Part shown: positions 28,440 through 39,323 of the stretch, in pieces | Position numbering within the stretch: the stretch's first letter is position 1 | How the letters are laid out: every line of letters begins with the position of its first letter | NCBI GenBank assembly: GCA_965248925.1 | Contig: CBDFLE010000006.1 | Coordinates: 2,720,001 to 2,784,000 of the forward strand | Source: Candidatus Multivoradales bacterium | Lineage (GTDB): Bacteria; Acidobacteriota; Thermoanaerobaculia; Multivoradales; J023 | DNA: 64,000 nucleotides | Direction of reading: 5' to 3' | Program-made: the position numbers and the translations under genes | Notes under the pieces: generated by a model | The model's database searches: none | What the model saw: the letters and a program-made list of their open reading frames with translations, nothing else | What the model was told of the DNA's origin: nothing

Positions 28440-29761
28440 TCGAGTTCGTCACCCTCTTCCTAGCTCTGGCGATCGGCTATCAGCCCATCGAGGTCAGTGT
28501 CGACGAGTCGGTGGCCTCGGTCGAGCTGTGGCTCGATGGTTCCTCGATCGCCAAGCTCGAAGGGCCGCCGTGGAAGACTGAGCACGACTTCGGCGTCGAT
28601 TTGTTGCCCCGTGAACTGGTGGCCATCGCCCGCGACTCGGCAGGTTCCGAGCTGGCGCGAATCCGTCAGCTGATCAACGTTCCGCGGCAGCGCAGCGAGG
28701 CGAGGCTGACCCTGGAGCACCATGAGGCGGACGGTACGGCCACCATCGCGAGGCTGATCTGGCGGGCTCTAGATCAGGACCGACCGCGGCAGATTGAGCT
28801 GACTTTCGATGGCCGGGCGCTCGAGGTCTTGGACCCAGAGCGAATTGTGCTGCCCAAGTTTGATCCTCAAGAGCTGCATCTACTGCGGGCGGAGCTTGAG
28901 TTCTCCGACACCGAACAGGCTTTCACCGAATTGGTCTTTGGCGGCACCTTTGGCGACCAGGTGGTGACCGAGCTCACCGCGCTACCAGTCACGCTGAATC
29001 GACGCCGTCTTCCCAAGCCCGAGCAGATGGCCGGCTGGTTTACCTTAGCGGGGGAGCCGCTGAAGGTCGTGGCGGTGGAGCGGACACAGCGAGAACTGGT
29101 CGTGGTACGGGAGAAGTCGGCGGCCAATCTTGATGCCCTCAAGGCGCTGATCCGTTTGGCAACCAGTTCGCGGGTGCCCTTGAAGTCGGGGATGCCGAAG
29201 GTCTTGCAGGTTGGCGATCGTTTGCGCTTTGTTTTTCCCACCGCCGTCACCCGTTCCTCTGTCGAGGGGCGGCTGGAGATGATGCCAGCCTCGGGCGACG
29301 TGGCCAAAATGTTCCGGGGTGCCGGGCTGTTTTCGTTGTTGACCGACGTGTTTTTCCCCGACCAAGATATTCCAGTAGCGAGCCAGAGCCTCACCGACGC
29401 GGTGGTGATCGCTGGGCTGGTGGCCGCGGCCAGCGGTCGCAGTCGGGCGGTGCTGTTGCTGGTGGCGGGGGTGGGCGAAGATCGCAGCCAGCTGTCGCCG
29501 GCCCGTTCGCGGGCCTTTCTCCAAGCCTTGCGGGTACCGCTCTACGTGCTCACCCCGGTGACCCCTGAGCCATCCTCCAGCAACCCCTTGGCGGACTGGG
29601 GTGAGGTGCGGGAGATCGACAAAATCGGCAAGAGTGCCGAGTTCTTGCGCCAGCTCGACCAGGATCTCGATCGCCAGGCAATCGTCTGGCTCGAAGGAAC
29701 CCACCTGCCGCAGCAGATCAAGATTACCGCCCAAGCCCGCGGCATCGAGGAGCTACGTTGA
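28436..29761 (+). CDS. Hypothetical exported protein (Ig-like N-terminus, possible degenerate VWA-like C-terminus)
   Basis: 441-aa ORF, ATGA-coupled; VELWLDG....LEGPPW...ELVAIARD Ig-like segment; RSRAVLLLVAG..EDRS alpha/beta segment. Domain calls are tentative. Confidence 0.65.
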   Translation: MIEFVTLFLALAIGYQPIEVSVDESVASVELWLDGSSIAKLEGPPWKTEHDFGVDLLPRELVAIARDSAGSELARIRQLINVPRQRSEARLTLEHHEADGTATIARLIWRALDQDRPRQIELTFDGRALEVLDPERIVLPKFDPQELHLLRAELEFSDTEQAFTELVFGGTFGDQVVTELTALPVTLNRRRLPKPEQMAGWFTLAGEPLKVVAVERTQRELVVVREKSAANLDALKALIRLATSSRVPLKSGMPKVLQVGDRLRFVFPTAVTRSSVEGRLEMMPASGDVAKMFRGAGLFSLLTDVFFPDQDIPVASQSLTDAVVIAGLVAAASGRSRAVLLLVAGVGEDRSQLSPARSRAFLQALRVPLYVLTPVTPEPSSSNPLADWGEVREIDKIGKSAEFLRQLDQDLDRQAIVWLEGTHLPQQIKITAQARGIEELR

Positions 29762-30936
29762 GTCCAGCCACGAAGCGCCTGTGGGTAGCCCTGCTGCTGG
29801 TTGGTTGGGCGGTGCCGTCACCGCTGGTAGCCCAAGGAGGTGAGCCCAACCTGCTGGGCAAGCCCGCGGCTTGGACTGACCACGCCCCTACCGAGGTGCA
29901 AATTGCCGAGGGTTCGGTGCTACGCGCGGCGCCAGCCGAGGACGCCGAGCGCTTGGCCTTGCTGCCCAGATGCCAGCTGCTGGCGCGGGAGACCCGCGGC
30001 TCTTGGGTGCGGGTTCGCCTCGGCAAGCTCGACGGCTGGATCGAGTTGCAGGGTAGAACCCTGCCCTATCTGGGCTCGGTGGTCGAATATCAGCCGCCGC
30101 GGGATCCGGCAGAAGTCGCTTTGCAGCAGGCGCTCGATATTCTCGGCGGGGCAACGCGGCCCGTGCCCTTGGGACCCTTTGACTTCTATTGCGACGTCGA
30201 CGATGAAAAGCTCCTGCGGTTGCTCGGGCAGATCGCCCCCCAGGTGGTGGCGGCGTTCGTCGACCGCTATGGCCTGGAGGTCGTAGAACCGCACGGCGCG
30301 GTAGTGCTCTTTGCCGACGAGCGGCACTACCAACAGTTGAAAGTGAGCCAGTTCACCGACATTCCGTTTCACAGCGAAGGTCACGCGGTGCCCGGACTGG
30401 TGGTGATCAAGGTCGGCAATCGTTCGCGTCGCGAGGTTGCCACGACGTTGATCCACGAGCTCACCCACCTAATTGCCTGGCAGGTGCTGGGGCCGGATTT
30501 ACCGCCTTGGCTCAATGAAGGGCTGGCCGACGATCTGGCCCTGTCGCGGATCGATCGCGAGGGATACCTGCTCAGCGACAGCTTTGACCGCCGAAGCCTG
30601 CGCTTTGGCCGTAACACGGCCGAGATTCTACTCAAAGTGGTGCGCGGCTTGAGCGCCGCCAAGCCGATCCGGCTAGTCGATTTGCTGAGCCAGGATCGGA
30701 GCACCTTCCTCGCCCGACCGGAGTTGCACTATGCGGTGTCGGCCCTCTTTGTTCGCTTCCTGCTCGAAGACAGCCTCGACGGCTCGGTGGCAGCTTTCAA
30801 GGACTACTTGCAAGCGATCAGGGCCGATGGCATCACCTATCCAGACTATTTGCGTCAGCGGCTACGGCAACCGTGGGCAGAGATCGACGTCCAGTTTCGT
30901 CTTTGGGCCCGGCGCACCCTGGCGCGGGTGCAATGA
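29758..30936 (+). CDS. Exported HExxH (gluzincin/peptidase MA-like) protein with SH3-like N-terminal segment
   Basis: TLIHELTHL...LPPWLNEGLAD zinc-peptidase signature; HYAVSALFVRFL; GSWVRVR....DGWI SH3b-like; TTGA coupling. Confidence 0.75.
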   Translation: MSPATKRLWVALLLVGWAVPSPLVAQGGEPNLLGKPAAWTDHAPTEVQIAEGSVLRAAPAEDAERLALLPRCQLLARETRGSWVRVRLGKLDGWIELQGRTLPYLGSVVEYQPPRDPAEVALQQALDILGGATRPVPLGPFDFYCDVDDEKLLRLLGQIAPQVVAAFVDRYGLEVVEPHGAVVLFADERHYQQLKVSQFTDIPFHSEGHAVPGLVVIKVGNRSRREVATTLIHELTHLIAWQVLGPDLPPWLNEGLADDLALSRIDREGYLLSDSFDRRSLRFGRNTAEILLKVVRGLSAAKPIRLVDLLSQDRSTFLARPELHYAVSALFVRFLLEDSLDGSVAAFKDYLQAIRADGITYPDYLRQRLRQPWAEIDVQFRLWARRTLARVQ

Positions 30937-33839
30937 ACCGTCGGCGGCTGTTCTTGATCGGGACCCTCTGGGTCCTGGTGGTTGCAGCGGGATCATCAGC
31001 CCAGGGTCCCGAGGCCGAGTGGCGGACCCTGGAGACCAAACACTACCGGCTGCACTACACTTCTCCGGCCGCAGCCTGGACCCATCGGGTGGCAGCGCAA
31101 ATCGAGGAAATCTATCGTCGGGTGGCCGAGGAGGTTGGTTACGCCCCAGCGGAGATCACCGATGTCCTGGTGCTCGATCCGCTGGCGCGGGCAAATGGCG
31201 CTGCCTGGCCCATTCTGGGTTGGCCGCGGATGGTGCTGTGGACCAGCCCTCCCGGACCGGCCTCGGTGATCGGTCACTATCGTGATTGGGGGGAGCTCCT
31301 GCTCACCCATGAACAGGCTCACCTGGCCCATTTGCTGCGCCCCTCGCGCAGCCCGCGCCGCGGCGTGCTGGAGAAGCTGTTGCCCCTCGGGCCGGTGGCG
31401 CGACGCTCGCCTCGCTGGTTGGCTGAGGGCTACGCCACCTATGTCGAAGGCCGGCTGACCGGCTATGGCCGTCCCCACGGCGATTTGCGGGCCACCATCT
31501 TGCGGCGTTGGGCACAGGCTGGCGAACTACCGCGCTACAGCGCTCTCGATGGCGACTCTGCCTGGCTCGGAATGTCGATGGCCTACCTGATGGGCTCGGC
31601 GTTTCTGGAGTGGTTGGTCGAACGCGACGGAGAGGACAGCTTGCGCCAGCTGTGGACCCGGCTGGCGGCGCGCCACCAGCGCACCTTCAACGAGGCCTTC
31701 AGCGGAGTTTTCGGTGATCCGCCGCGGCGGCTATATAACCGTTTCCGGGCTGAACTCACCTATCGCGCGATGGTGCTCGAACGGACCCTCGAAGCTAGTG
31801 GGCGGACTCGCCAAGGAGATCTCTGGCAGGATCTGGAATGGACGACCGGACCCCCCGCCGTGTCGCCTGACGGCGAGCGTTTGGCGATAGTTCTGCGCTC
31901 GGCGCAGCAGCCGGCGCGATTGGTGGTGTGGTCGACCGAAGCCGACAGCGAGGCGGCTGAGCAGCGCCAGCGCCAAGCCGCGGAACTGCTCGCCACTGAT
32001 CCGCGAGACATAGTTGCCCGACCGCGCTATCCAGCTGCCCGGAAGCCGCTTTTCGAGCTGGTTGCCGGTCCCGGCGCGGCACCCTTCACGCCGCGGTGGA
32101 GTGGCGATGGTCAGTCGTTGATCTACGTTCGCTACGAGCCCGACGGTCGGGGTGTGCTGCACCCGGATCTCTACCGTTGGACCCAGGCCACCGGCCAGGT
32201 CGAGCGGCTTACCCATGCCGCGGATTTGCGCGACCCGGACCCGGCCGCGAAAGGCGATTGGGCGGTGGCGGTGCGGCGGCGCCACGGCAAATCGCAATTG
32301 GTGCGCGTCGATCTCGGCAGTGGTGGGATCGAGGCGCTCTTTGCCGCCACCGCGGCCGAGGTTCATGACCATCCGCGGCTCGATCCGCAGGGTCGGCGGT
32401 TGGCCTATGTCCGCCATCGTCAGGGGGCGTGGCAGCTGGTCGTTCGCGATGTTTCGAGCGGCTCCGAGCAAGTGCTGCCGACCCCGCGGCGCGCCACGGT
32501 CGCCTATCCCGCCTGGTCGGCCGATGGCCACCAGTTATGGGCCTCGATCGGCGAGGGCGGATTCATCTCTATCCGCGCCTATGACCTCAGTTCTGGCCAG
32601 CTGCCTGTAGCGGCCGAAGTGGTGGTGCGTGGTCAGGGGGCTGCTTTGTCGCCGGCCCCCGCCGCCGATGGCCGGCATCTTTTCTATCTCGACCTCCAAC
32701 CCCAGGGTCTCGATCTGCGCCGGCTGGCCCTTGATCCGGACCGTCCACGGCTGGCCGAGCAGCTTGAATTGCCGTCGCAGCAGCTGACGCCAGCAGTTCG
32801 TTCGCTGCCGCGCCGCACCCCTCCTCCTCTGCGACCCATGGAAATCGCCGCCGATCGACCCTATGGCGTGGGCCGGCTGGAGCTGTTGCCTCTGCTCGGC
32901 GGTCGAGTCACTGCCAGCGACAGCGCCTGGGAGGGAGGTTTACGCTTGGGTGATGTAGTAGGTCGCCTCGATCTGTTGTTCATGGGTGCGGTCTCTGATT
33001 CGGCGCCAGCGGGCGGCGCGTTGATGGGTGCGTGGCGAGGCTGGCCGGCGGAGGCGGGCTGGCATCTATTCGCTCTAAGCCAGCGACCTGGCGCCCAAGC
33101 CGACCGCGTTGCCGGGCGCTTGGACTTCGACCAACAAGGCATAGAAATCAACCTGGCTCGGCAGTGGCGGCAGGGAGCGGCGACGACGGGTATGCAGCTG
33201 TTCGCCCATGTCGGGCGGGTCGAGCCAGGCGGAGGAGATGCGCTGTCGCGGCAGGCTTTGGGATTGCGGCTTACTCGGCGGGCTCAATATGGCAAAGGCA
33301 GCTGGCGCTGGCATGAGTCGGTCGACCTAGGGCTGTGGCAAGGGCGCACGGCGGGCGACAGCTGGCGGCGTTGGGATCTGGCGATCGAGGGCGGTATCAA
33401 GAGAGGCCGCAGCGGGCTAGGTCTGACGCTCGGTTGGCGGCGTGGGGTGATCGCAGACGCGCGTTTCGACTTCGATCGCTTCCAACTCGGTAGCCTGGCC
33501 AGCACTCTCCTACCGGCCCTGGGCGCAGCCACTCTGATCGAGCAGCCGGCGTTGCCAGTGGCGAGCTTATTGGGTGATCAGCACCAATCTCAGCGGTTGT
33601 CGATCAGCCTTGGCCAGTGGCCGGTAGATCTTTTTTGGCAGCGCCATCGTCTATCGCCGAGATCGGGATCGCGAGGAACTTGGCTTGCGCTCTGGGGGGC
33701 CGAGATGCGTTGGCGCAGTCGGCCTCGGCCGCTGCTCCGCTTGCCGGCGGTAGAGCTGTGGATGGGGGTGGCCGAAGTGCTCGACGAACCTTTCGTTGGC
33801 AGGGTGGAGGGCTGGCTGGGTTTCGGTTGGCGACCTTGA
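30933..33839 (+). CDS. Multidomain exported protein: HExxH peptidase-like domain, TolB/PD40 propeller and probable outer-membrane beta-barrel
   Basis: WRTLETKHYRLHY; LLTHEQAHLAHL...PRWLAEGYATY; PAVSPDGERLA, PRWSGDG and PAWSADG PD40 repeats; Trp/Gly-rich alternating C-terminus ending GWLGFGWRP; ATGA start at 30933. Confidence 0.75.
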   Translation: MNRRRLFLIGTLWVLVVAAGSSAQGPEAEWRTLETKHYRLHYTSPAAAWTHRVAAQIEEIYRRVAEEVGYAPAEITDVLVLDPLARANGAAWPILGWPRMVLWTSPPGPASVIGHYRDWGELLLTHEQAHLAHLLRPSRSPRRGVLEKLLPLGPVARRSPRWLAEGYATYVEGRLTGYGRPHGDLRATILRRWAQAGELPRYSALDGDSAWLGMSMAYLMGSAFLEWLVERDGEDSLRQLWTRLAARHQRTFNEAFSGVFGDPPRRLYNRFRAELTYRAMVLERTLEASGRTRQGDLWQDLEWTTGPPAVSPDGERLAIVLRSAQQPARLVVWSTEADSEAAEQRQRQAAELLATDPRDIVARPRYPAARKPLFELVAGPGAAPFTPRWSGDGQSLIYVRYEPDGRGVLHPDLYRWTQATGQVERLTHAADLRDPDPAAKGDWAVAVRRRHGKSQLVRVDLGSGGIEALFAATAAEVHDHPRLDPQGRRLAYVRHRQGAWQLVVRDVSSGSEQVLPTPRRATVAYPAWSADGHQLWASIGEGGFISIRAYDLSSGQLPVAAEVVVRGQGAALSPAPAADGRHLFYLDLQPQGLDLRRLALDPDRPRLAEQLELPSQQLTPAVRSLPRRTPPPLRPMEIAADRPYGVGRLELLPLLGGRVTASDSAWEGGLRLGDVVGRLDLLFMGAVSDSAPAGGALMGAWRGWPAEAGWHLFALSQRPGAQADRVAGRLDFDQQGIEINLARQWRQGAATTGMQLFAHVGRVEPGGGDALSRQALGLRLTRRAQYGKGSWRWHESVDLGLWQGRTAGDSWRRWDLAIEGGIKRGRSGLGLTLGWRRGVIADARFDFDRFQLGSLASTLLPALGAATLIEQPALPVASLLGDQHQSQRLSISLGQWPVDLFWQRHRLSPRSGSRGTWLALWGAEMRWRSRPRPLLRLPAVELWMGVAEVLDEPFVGRVEGWLGFGWRP

Positions 33840-33863
33840 ATGACTTGCTGTCGAGTAAACCGT

Positions 33864-35471
<1,608 letters not shown>

Positions 35472-35620
35472 GGCATGACCTCAAAGAAACAGGGTGTCTT
35501 CGAAGGGGAATTGCAGTTCGGGCCGGCTAGTCTAGCACCAGAACGAGAGTGCTAGCCAGGCTCTAAGGAGGCTCTAGAATGTGGTCTGAGAAGAGGTAGA
35601 AAACGGCTTACTAGCCGGGC

Positions 35621-36634
35621 TTAGAGTGACCGCTCGCGGCTCGCCAAGAGTTCGAGGGTTCGGCAGACGACGGCGTGTAGCGGCGTGCAGTCGGCGCGGC
35701 CCTGACCGGCGATGTCGTAGGCGGTGCCGTGGTCGACCGAGGTGCGCAGATAGGGCAGGCCGAGGGTCAGATTGGTGGTGCTGCCGAAGGCGCAGGTCTT
35801 GACCGCGATCAGGCCCTGATCGTGGTAGAGGGCCAGTACCCAGTCGAACTCGCCGCGCCGCGCGCGAGCGAACAGCGAATCGGCGCTGGCCGGTCCGTGC
35901 ACGTCGATCCCATCCTGCCGGGCGGCGGCGACCGCCGGTATGATCTCAGCCTGTTCCTCGCCCCCCATCAGACCTCCCTCGCTGGCGTGAGGATTGAGTC
36001 CGGCAACCGCGATCTTGCCAGAGGTGTGGCGGGCCAGGCAGCGCAGCGCCTGCAGCACAGCGCGGTGGTTGATCTGGCGGATTGCCTGCAGCAGTGAAAC
36101 GTGAGTCGACAGCAACGCCACCCGCAGATCAGGGGCCAAGAAGCTCATCAGGTAATCGCGGCCATAGGTTTCGAGGCCAGCGCCAGCGGCCAGGTAGTCG
36201 GTGTGGCCGCGAAAGGTCGGGTCGACATGCTCGGCGATGGTTGCTTTGTTGAGCGGCGCGGTAACCAGGGCTTGGCAACAGCCGTCGCGGGTTAGCTCGA
36301 CGCCAGCGTCGAGTGCCGCCAAGGCGCCGCGAGCATCGGCCGCGGTGGGTTGCCCGGGGATCACGGTGCGGGGTTCGGCAACCGGATCGAGCACTGCAAA
36401 CCGGCGACTGTGAGGTTCGAGACCGCTGATCGCCGATCGATCAATAAAGTGCAAGAGGTCCCAAGGCGCCCGCGGCAAGCTCGGCCGCAGAGCATCGAGA
36501 GCCGCCCGTTCGGCGATCAGCAATGGCCGGTAGCCCTTCTCTGCTGAGCCATTGGCGAGCGACCGGAGCAGGATTTCCGGGCCAATCCCAGCCGGATCGC
36601 CCTGGGTGAAGGCAAGGATGGGCAAGCTGGACAT
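35621..36634 (-). CDS. pdxA: 4-hydroxythreonine-4-phosphate dehydrogenase
   Basis: GDPAGIGPEI, TAPLNK, GHTDYL, GLNPHASEGG, YHDQGLI, LRTSVDHGTAYDIAG. Confidence 0.95.
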   Translation of the reverse strand: MSSLPILAFTQGDPAGIGPEILLRSLANGSAEKGYRPLLIAERAALDALRPSLPRAPWDLLHFIDRSAISGLEPHSRRFAVLDPVAEPRTVIPGQPTAADARGALAALDAGVELTRDGCCQALVTAPLNKATIAEHVDPTFRGHTDYLAAGAGLETYGRDYLMSFLAPDLRVALLSTHVSLLQAIRQINHRAVLQALRCLARHTSGKIAVAGLNPHASEGGLMGGEEQAEIIPAVAAARQDGIDVHGPASADSLFARARRGEFDWVLALYHDQGLIAVKTCAFGSTTNLTLGLPYLRTSVDHGTAYDIAGQGRADCTPLHAVVCRTLELLASRERSL

Positions 36635-36656
36635 GGTTTATGAGGAGACTCGGTGC

Positions 36657-37007
36657 TCAGGATGCCGTCTTGCTCGACCCGCGCGCCTCCGCTGCTGCCC
36701 GTTCGCGTTTGCGGAACCGCTTGAGTTCCTCTTCCTTGAACATGTAGCGGATATTGTGCTTGAGCAGCATCAAGTTGGGTCCTTTGGGGCGATTAAGCTT
36801 GAGGGCACCTTTGTCGTACCACTCGATCCAGCCGCGCAGCTCCTCGTCGTTGTTGAGCACGATCACCATCGGCGTTTTGGCGGCCATCTGCTTGAGGTAG
36901 TAGAATTCCTCGGCGCTGGTTTGCTCGGGTGGGGTCTGCTTGCGGCGGACGCCGCGGCTGGCTCCCTTGGTCTCCACGTCTGGGCGGATCAGCTTTCGGT
37001 TGCTCAT
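36657..37007 (-). CDS. Hfq/Sm-like RNA chaperone
   Basis: KTPMVIVLNNDEELRGWIEWYDK Sm1-like and NLMLLKHNI Sm2-like (compare YKHAI) motifs, with a basic N-terminal extension. Confidence 0.75.
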   Translation of the reverse strand: MSNRKLIRPDVETKGASRGVRRKQTPPEQTSAEEFYYLKQMAAKTPMVIVLNNDEELRGWIEWYDKGALKLNRPKGPNLMLLKHNIRYMFKEEELKRFRKRERAAAEARGSSKTAS

Positions 37008-37729
37008 CGTTGTTCACCCATGGCCCGGCGGCTAGGTTTTCGTTGATACTGGTCGTTTTCGTAGGCCAAACAGCAGAGCAAGCGCCCGCATTGACCTGAG
37101 ATCTTCGATGGATTGAGACTCAGATTCTGCCGCTTGGCCATCTGAATAGAGATCGGGCGGAAGTCATCGAGCCAGGTCGAGCAGCAGAGAGTTCGGCCGC
37201 AGATGCCGATGCCGCCCAGCAGTCTGGCTTCATCGCGAGCGCCAACCTGCACCATCTTGACTCGGGTCGAGAAACGCTGGGAAAGATCGCGCACCAGCTG
37301 GCGGAAATCCACCCTGCCGTTGGCGGTGAAGTAGAAGGTCGCGTTCTTACCACCGAAGGAGAAATCCACCCTCGACACCTTCATCTCCAGCTTGAGACTC
37401 TTGGCGCGCTCGCGGCAAAACCGCTTGGCGTTCCATTCATTGAGACGTTGCCGTTCGAAGGTGGCGCGATCGGCCTGACTGGCGAGGCGCAAGATTCGCT
37501 TGGCGCTTGATTTCTGGCAGGGTTTGAACACCGGCATCGGTGATTGCTCGACCTTGCCATAGGCGGGACCTTGTTCGGACTCCACCAAAACACTCTGTCC
37601 CTTGGCGTAGATCGCCCGCCCGGTTCGGCACAGAGTGAGATTGGTCTCGGCGCCAAAGCGAACGCCTACGAAGGTGTCTTCGACCGCCGTCGACTGGCCC
37701 TTGAAGCTACAACCGCCGCAGCCGCCCAT
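37004..37729 (-). CDS. ricT: PSP1-domain Fe-S protein (RicT/YaaT family)
   Basis: FYFTANGRVDFRQLVRDL, QVGARDEA...GGIGICGRTLCC, AKRQNLSLNPSKISGQCGRLLCCLAYE. Confidence 0.9.
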   Translation of the reverse strand: MGGCGGCSFKGQSTAVEDTFVGVRFGAETNLTLCRTGRAIYAKGQSVLVESEQGPAYGKVEQSPMPVFKPCQKSSAKRILRLASQADRATFERQRLNEWNAKRFCRERAKSLKLEMKVSRVDFSFGGKNATFYFTANGRVDFRQLVRDLSQRFSTRVKMVQVGARDEARLLGGIGICGRTLCCSTWLDDFRPISIQMAKRQNLSLNPSKISGQCGRLLCCLAYENDQYQRKPSRRAMGEQR

Positions 37730-37851
37730 ACCTCAGCTCGCCTCCTCTCTGTCCTTCAGTGCGGTGCACGAAGGCAGTTCACACAGGGTCAGATATCAAA
37801 CCCACCGACCCGCAGCGATCTTGCTGCCGAACACTCGGGTCTCTAACTTGC

Positions 37852-39138
37852 TCAGGCGTTGGCGCTGAGCATTTTCAGCACTCGACGACCGATGTCCTGG
37901 CGCAGCATCTTACTCGGCCAGCGCACTTCGTGCGCCGCGGTGTAGGCCCGACGTAGCGCATCTCGAAGATTTGAACCGGTCGAACAAACGTTCAGCACGC
38001 GGCCGCCTTGGGTTACCAGGACACCCTCTTTGGCGGTGGTGCCGGCGTGAAACACCTCTACGCCAGGGAGAGCCGTCGCCGCGGTCAAGCCGGTGATCGG
38101 TTCGCCCTTGACCGGCCTGCCGGGATAGCCCTGGCTAGCCAGAACGACGCAGGCGGCTGCTTCTTTGCGGAAATGTAGCCGCGAGGTGTCGAATTTCCCA
38201 GCCGCGGTTTGCACCAGCACTGGCAACAAGTCGCTATCGAGTCGCATCAGCAGGGGCTGAGCTTCTGGATCGCCCAGGCGAACATTGAACTCCAGCACCG
38301 ATGGGCCGTCGTCGGTCAGCATCAAACCGGCGTAGAGAAAACCGGCAAAGGGGCGGTTCTCATCTGCCATGCCAGAGACCACTGGGCGCATCACTTGGTC
38401 GAGAATCTCGCTCGCGGCCTCGTGGCCGAGCACCCCGGCCGGGCTGTGGGCGCCCATGCCGCCGGTGTTGGCACCCTCATCGCCATCGCCGACCCGCTTG
38501 TAGTCCTTACTCGTTGCCAGTGGCAGTACCCGCTCACCGTCACAGATGGCAATGAAGGAAAGTTCCTCACCAGGCAGAAAACGTTCCACCACCAGCCGGT
38601 TGCCGGCGGCGCCAAAACGGCGGTCGTCGAAAAAAGTGGTCAGGCACTGCTCTAGCTCTTGCTTGTTTTTGGGGATCAGCACCCCTTTGCCGCCTGCCAG
38701 TCCATCGGCCTTTAGCACCACCGGAAAGCCCAGTTCGAGGGCCGCCCGGCGGGTGCTGTCGGCGTCGTGGGTGATGGCGAAATCCGCGGTCGGGATGCCG
38801 TGCCGGCGCATGAACTCTTTGGCGAAGACCTTGCTGCCCTCAAGTTCGGCGGCCGACTTGCGCGGTCCGAAAATCGCCAGGCCGCGACTGTTGAATTCAT
38901 CGACAATGCCGAAGATCAGAGGCAGCTCCGGCCCCACCACGGTCAGGTCGATATTCATATCGCGGGCAAAATCGGCCAGCTGGTGGATTTCGTCACTGGC
39001 AATGGGCACGATATCGGCAACCTGGGCGATGCCTGGATTGCCAGGAGCACAGTAAAGCTCTTCGAGCAGGGGGCTCTGGCGCAGCTTCCAGCACAGAGCG
39101 TGCTCCCTGCCTCCCGATCCGATGATCAAAACCTTCAT
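37852..39138 (-). CDS. purD: Phosphoribosylamine--glycine ligase
   Basis: MKVLIIGSGGREHAL, APGNPG, VVGPE.PL, LEGSKVFAK, KADGLAGGKGV, NTGGMGA, EFNVRLGDPE. Confidence 0.98.
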   Translation of the reverse strand: MKVLIIGSGGREHALCWKLRQSPLLEELYCAPGNPGIAQVADIVPIASDEIHQLADFARDMNIDLTVVGPELPLIFGIVDEFNSRGLAIFGPRKSAAELEGSKVFAKEFMRRHGIPTADFAITHDADSTRRAALELGFPVVLKADGLAGGKGVLIPKNKQELEQCLTTFFDDRRFGAAGNRLVVERFLPGEELSFIAICDGERVLPLATSKDYKRVGDGDEGANTGGMGAHSPAGVLGHEAASEILDQVMRPVVSGMADENRPFAGFLYAGLMLTDDGPSVLEFNVRLGDPEAQPLLMRLDSDLLPVLVQTAAGKFDTSRLHFRKEAAACVVLASQGYPGRPVKGEPITGLTAATALPGVEVFHAGTTAKEGVLVTQGGRVLNVCSTGSNLRDALRRAYTAAHEVRWPSKMLRQDIGRRVLKMLSANA

Positions 39139-39323
39139 GGTGATTCCTCTCGTCTGGCCCTCAAGACTATTTGCCTTGGCAGTAGCGAATCGCCTGCCGC
39201 TAGTCTGGACCGGTGACCGGCGCAGCTTCGATGAGCCGAGAGGCCAGAGCAGAGTGCAGAAAATAGCGGCGGGCGCCGCCAGGATTCTATCTGAATTCCT
39301 GACCCGGCTAAGATACGACCCTT

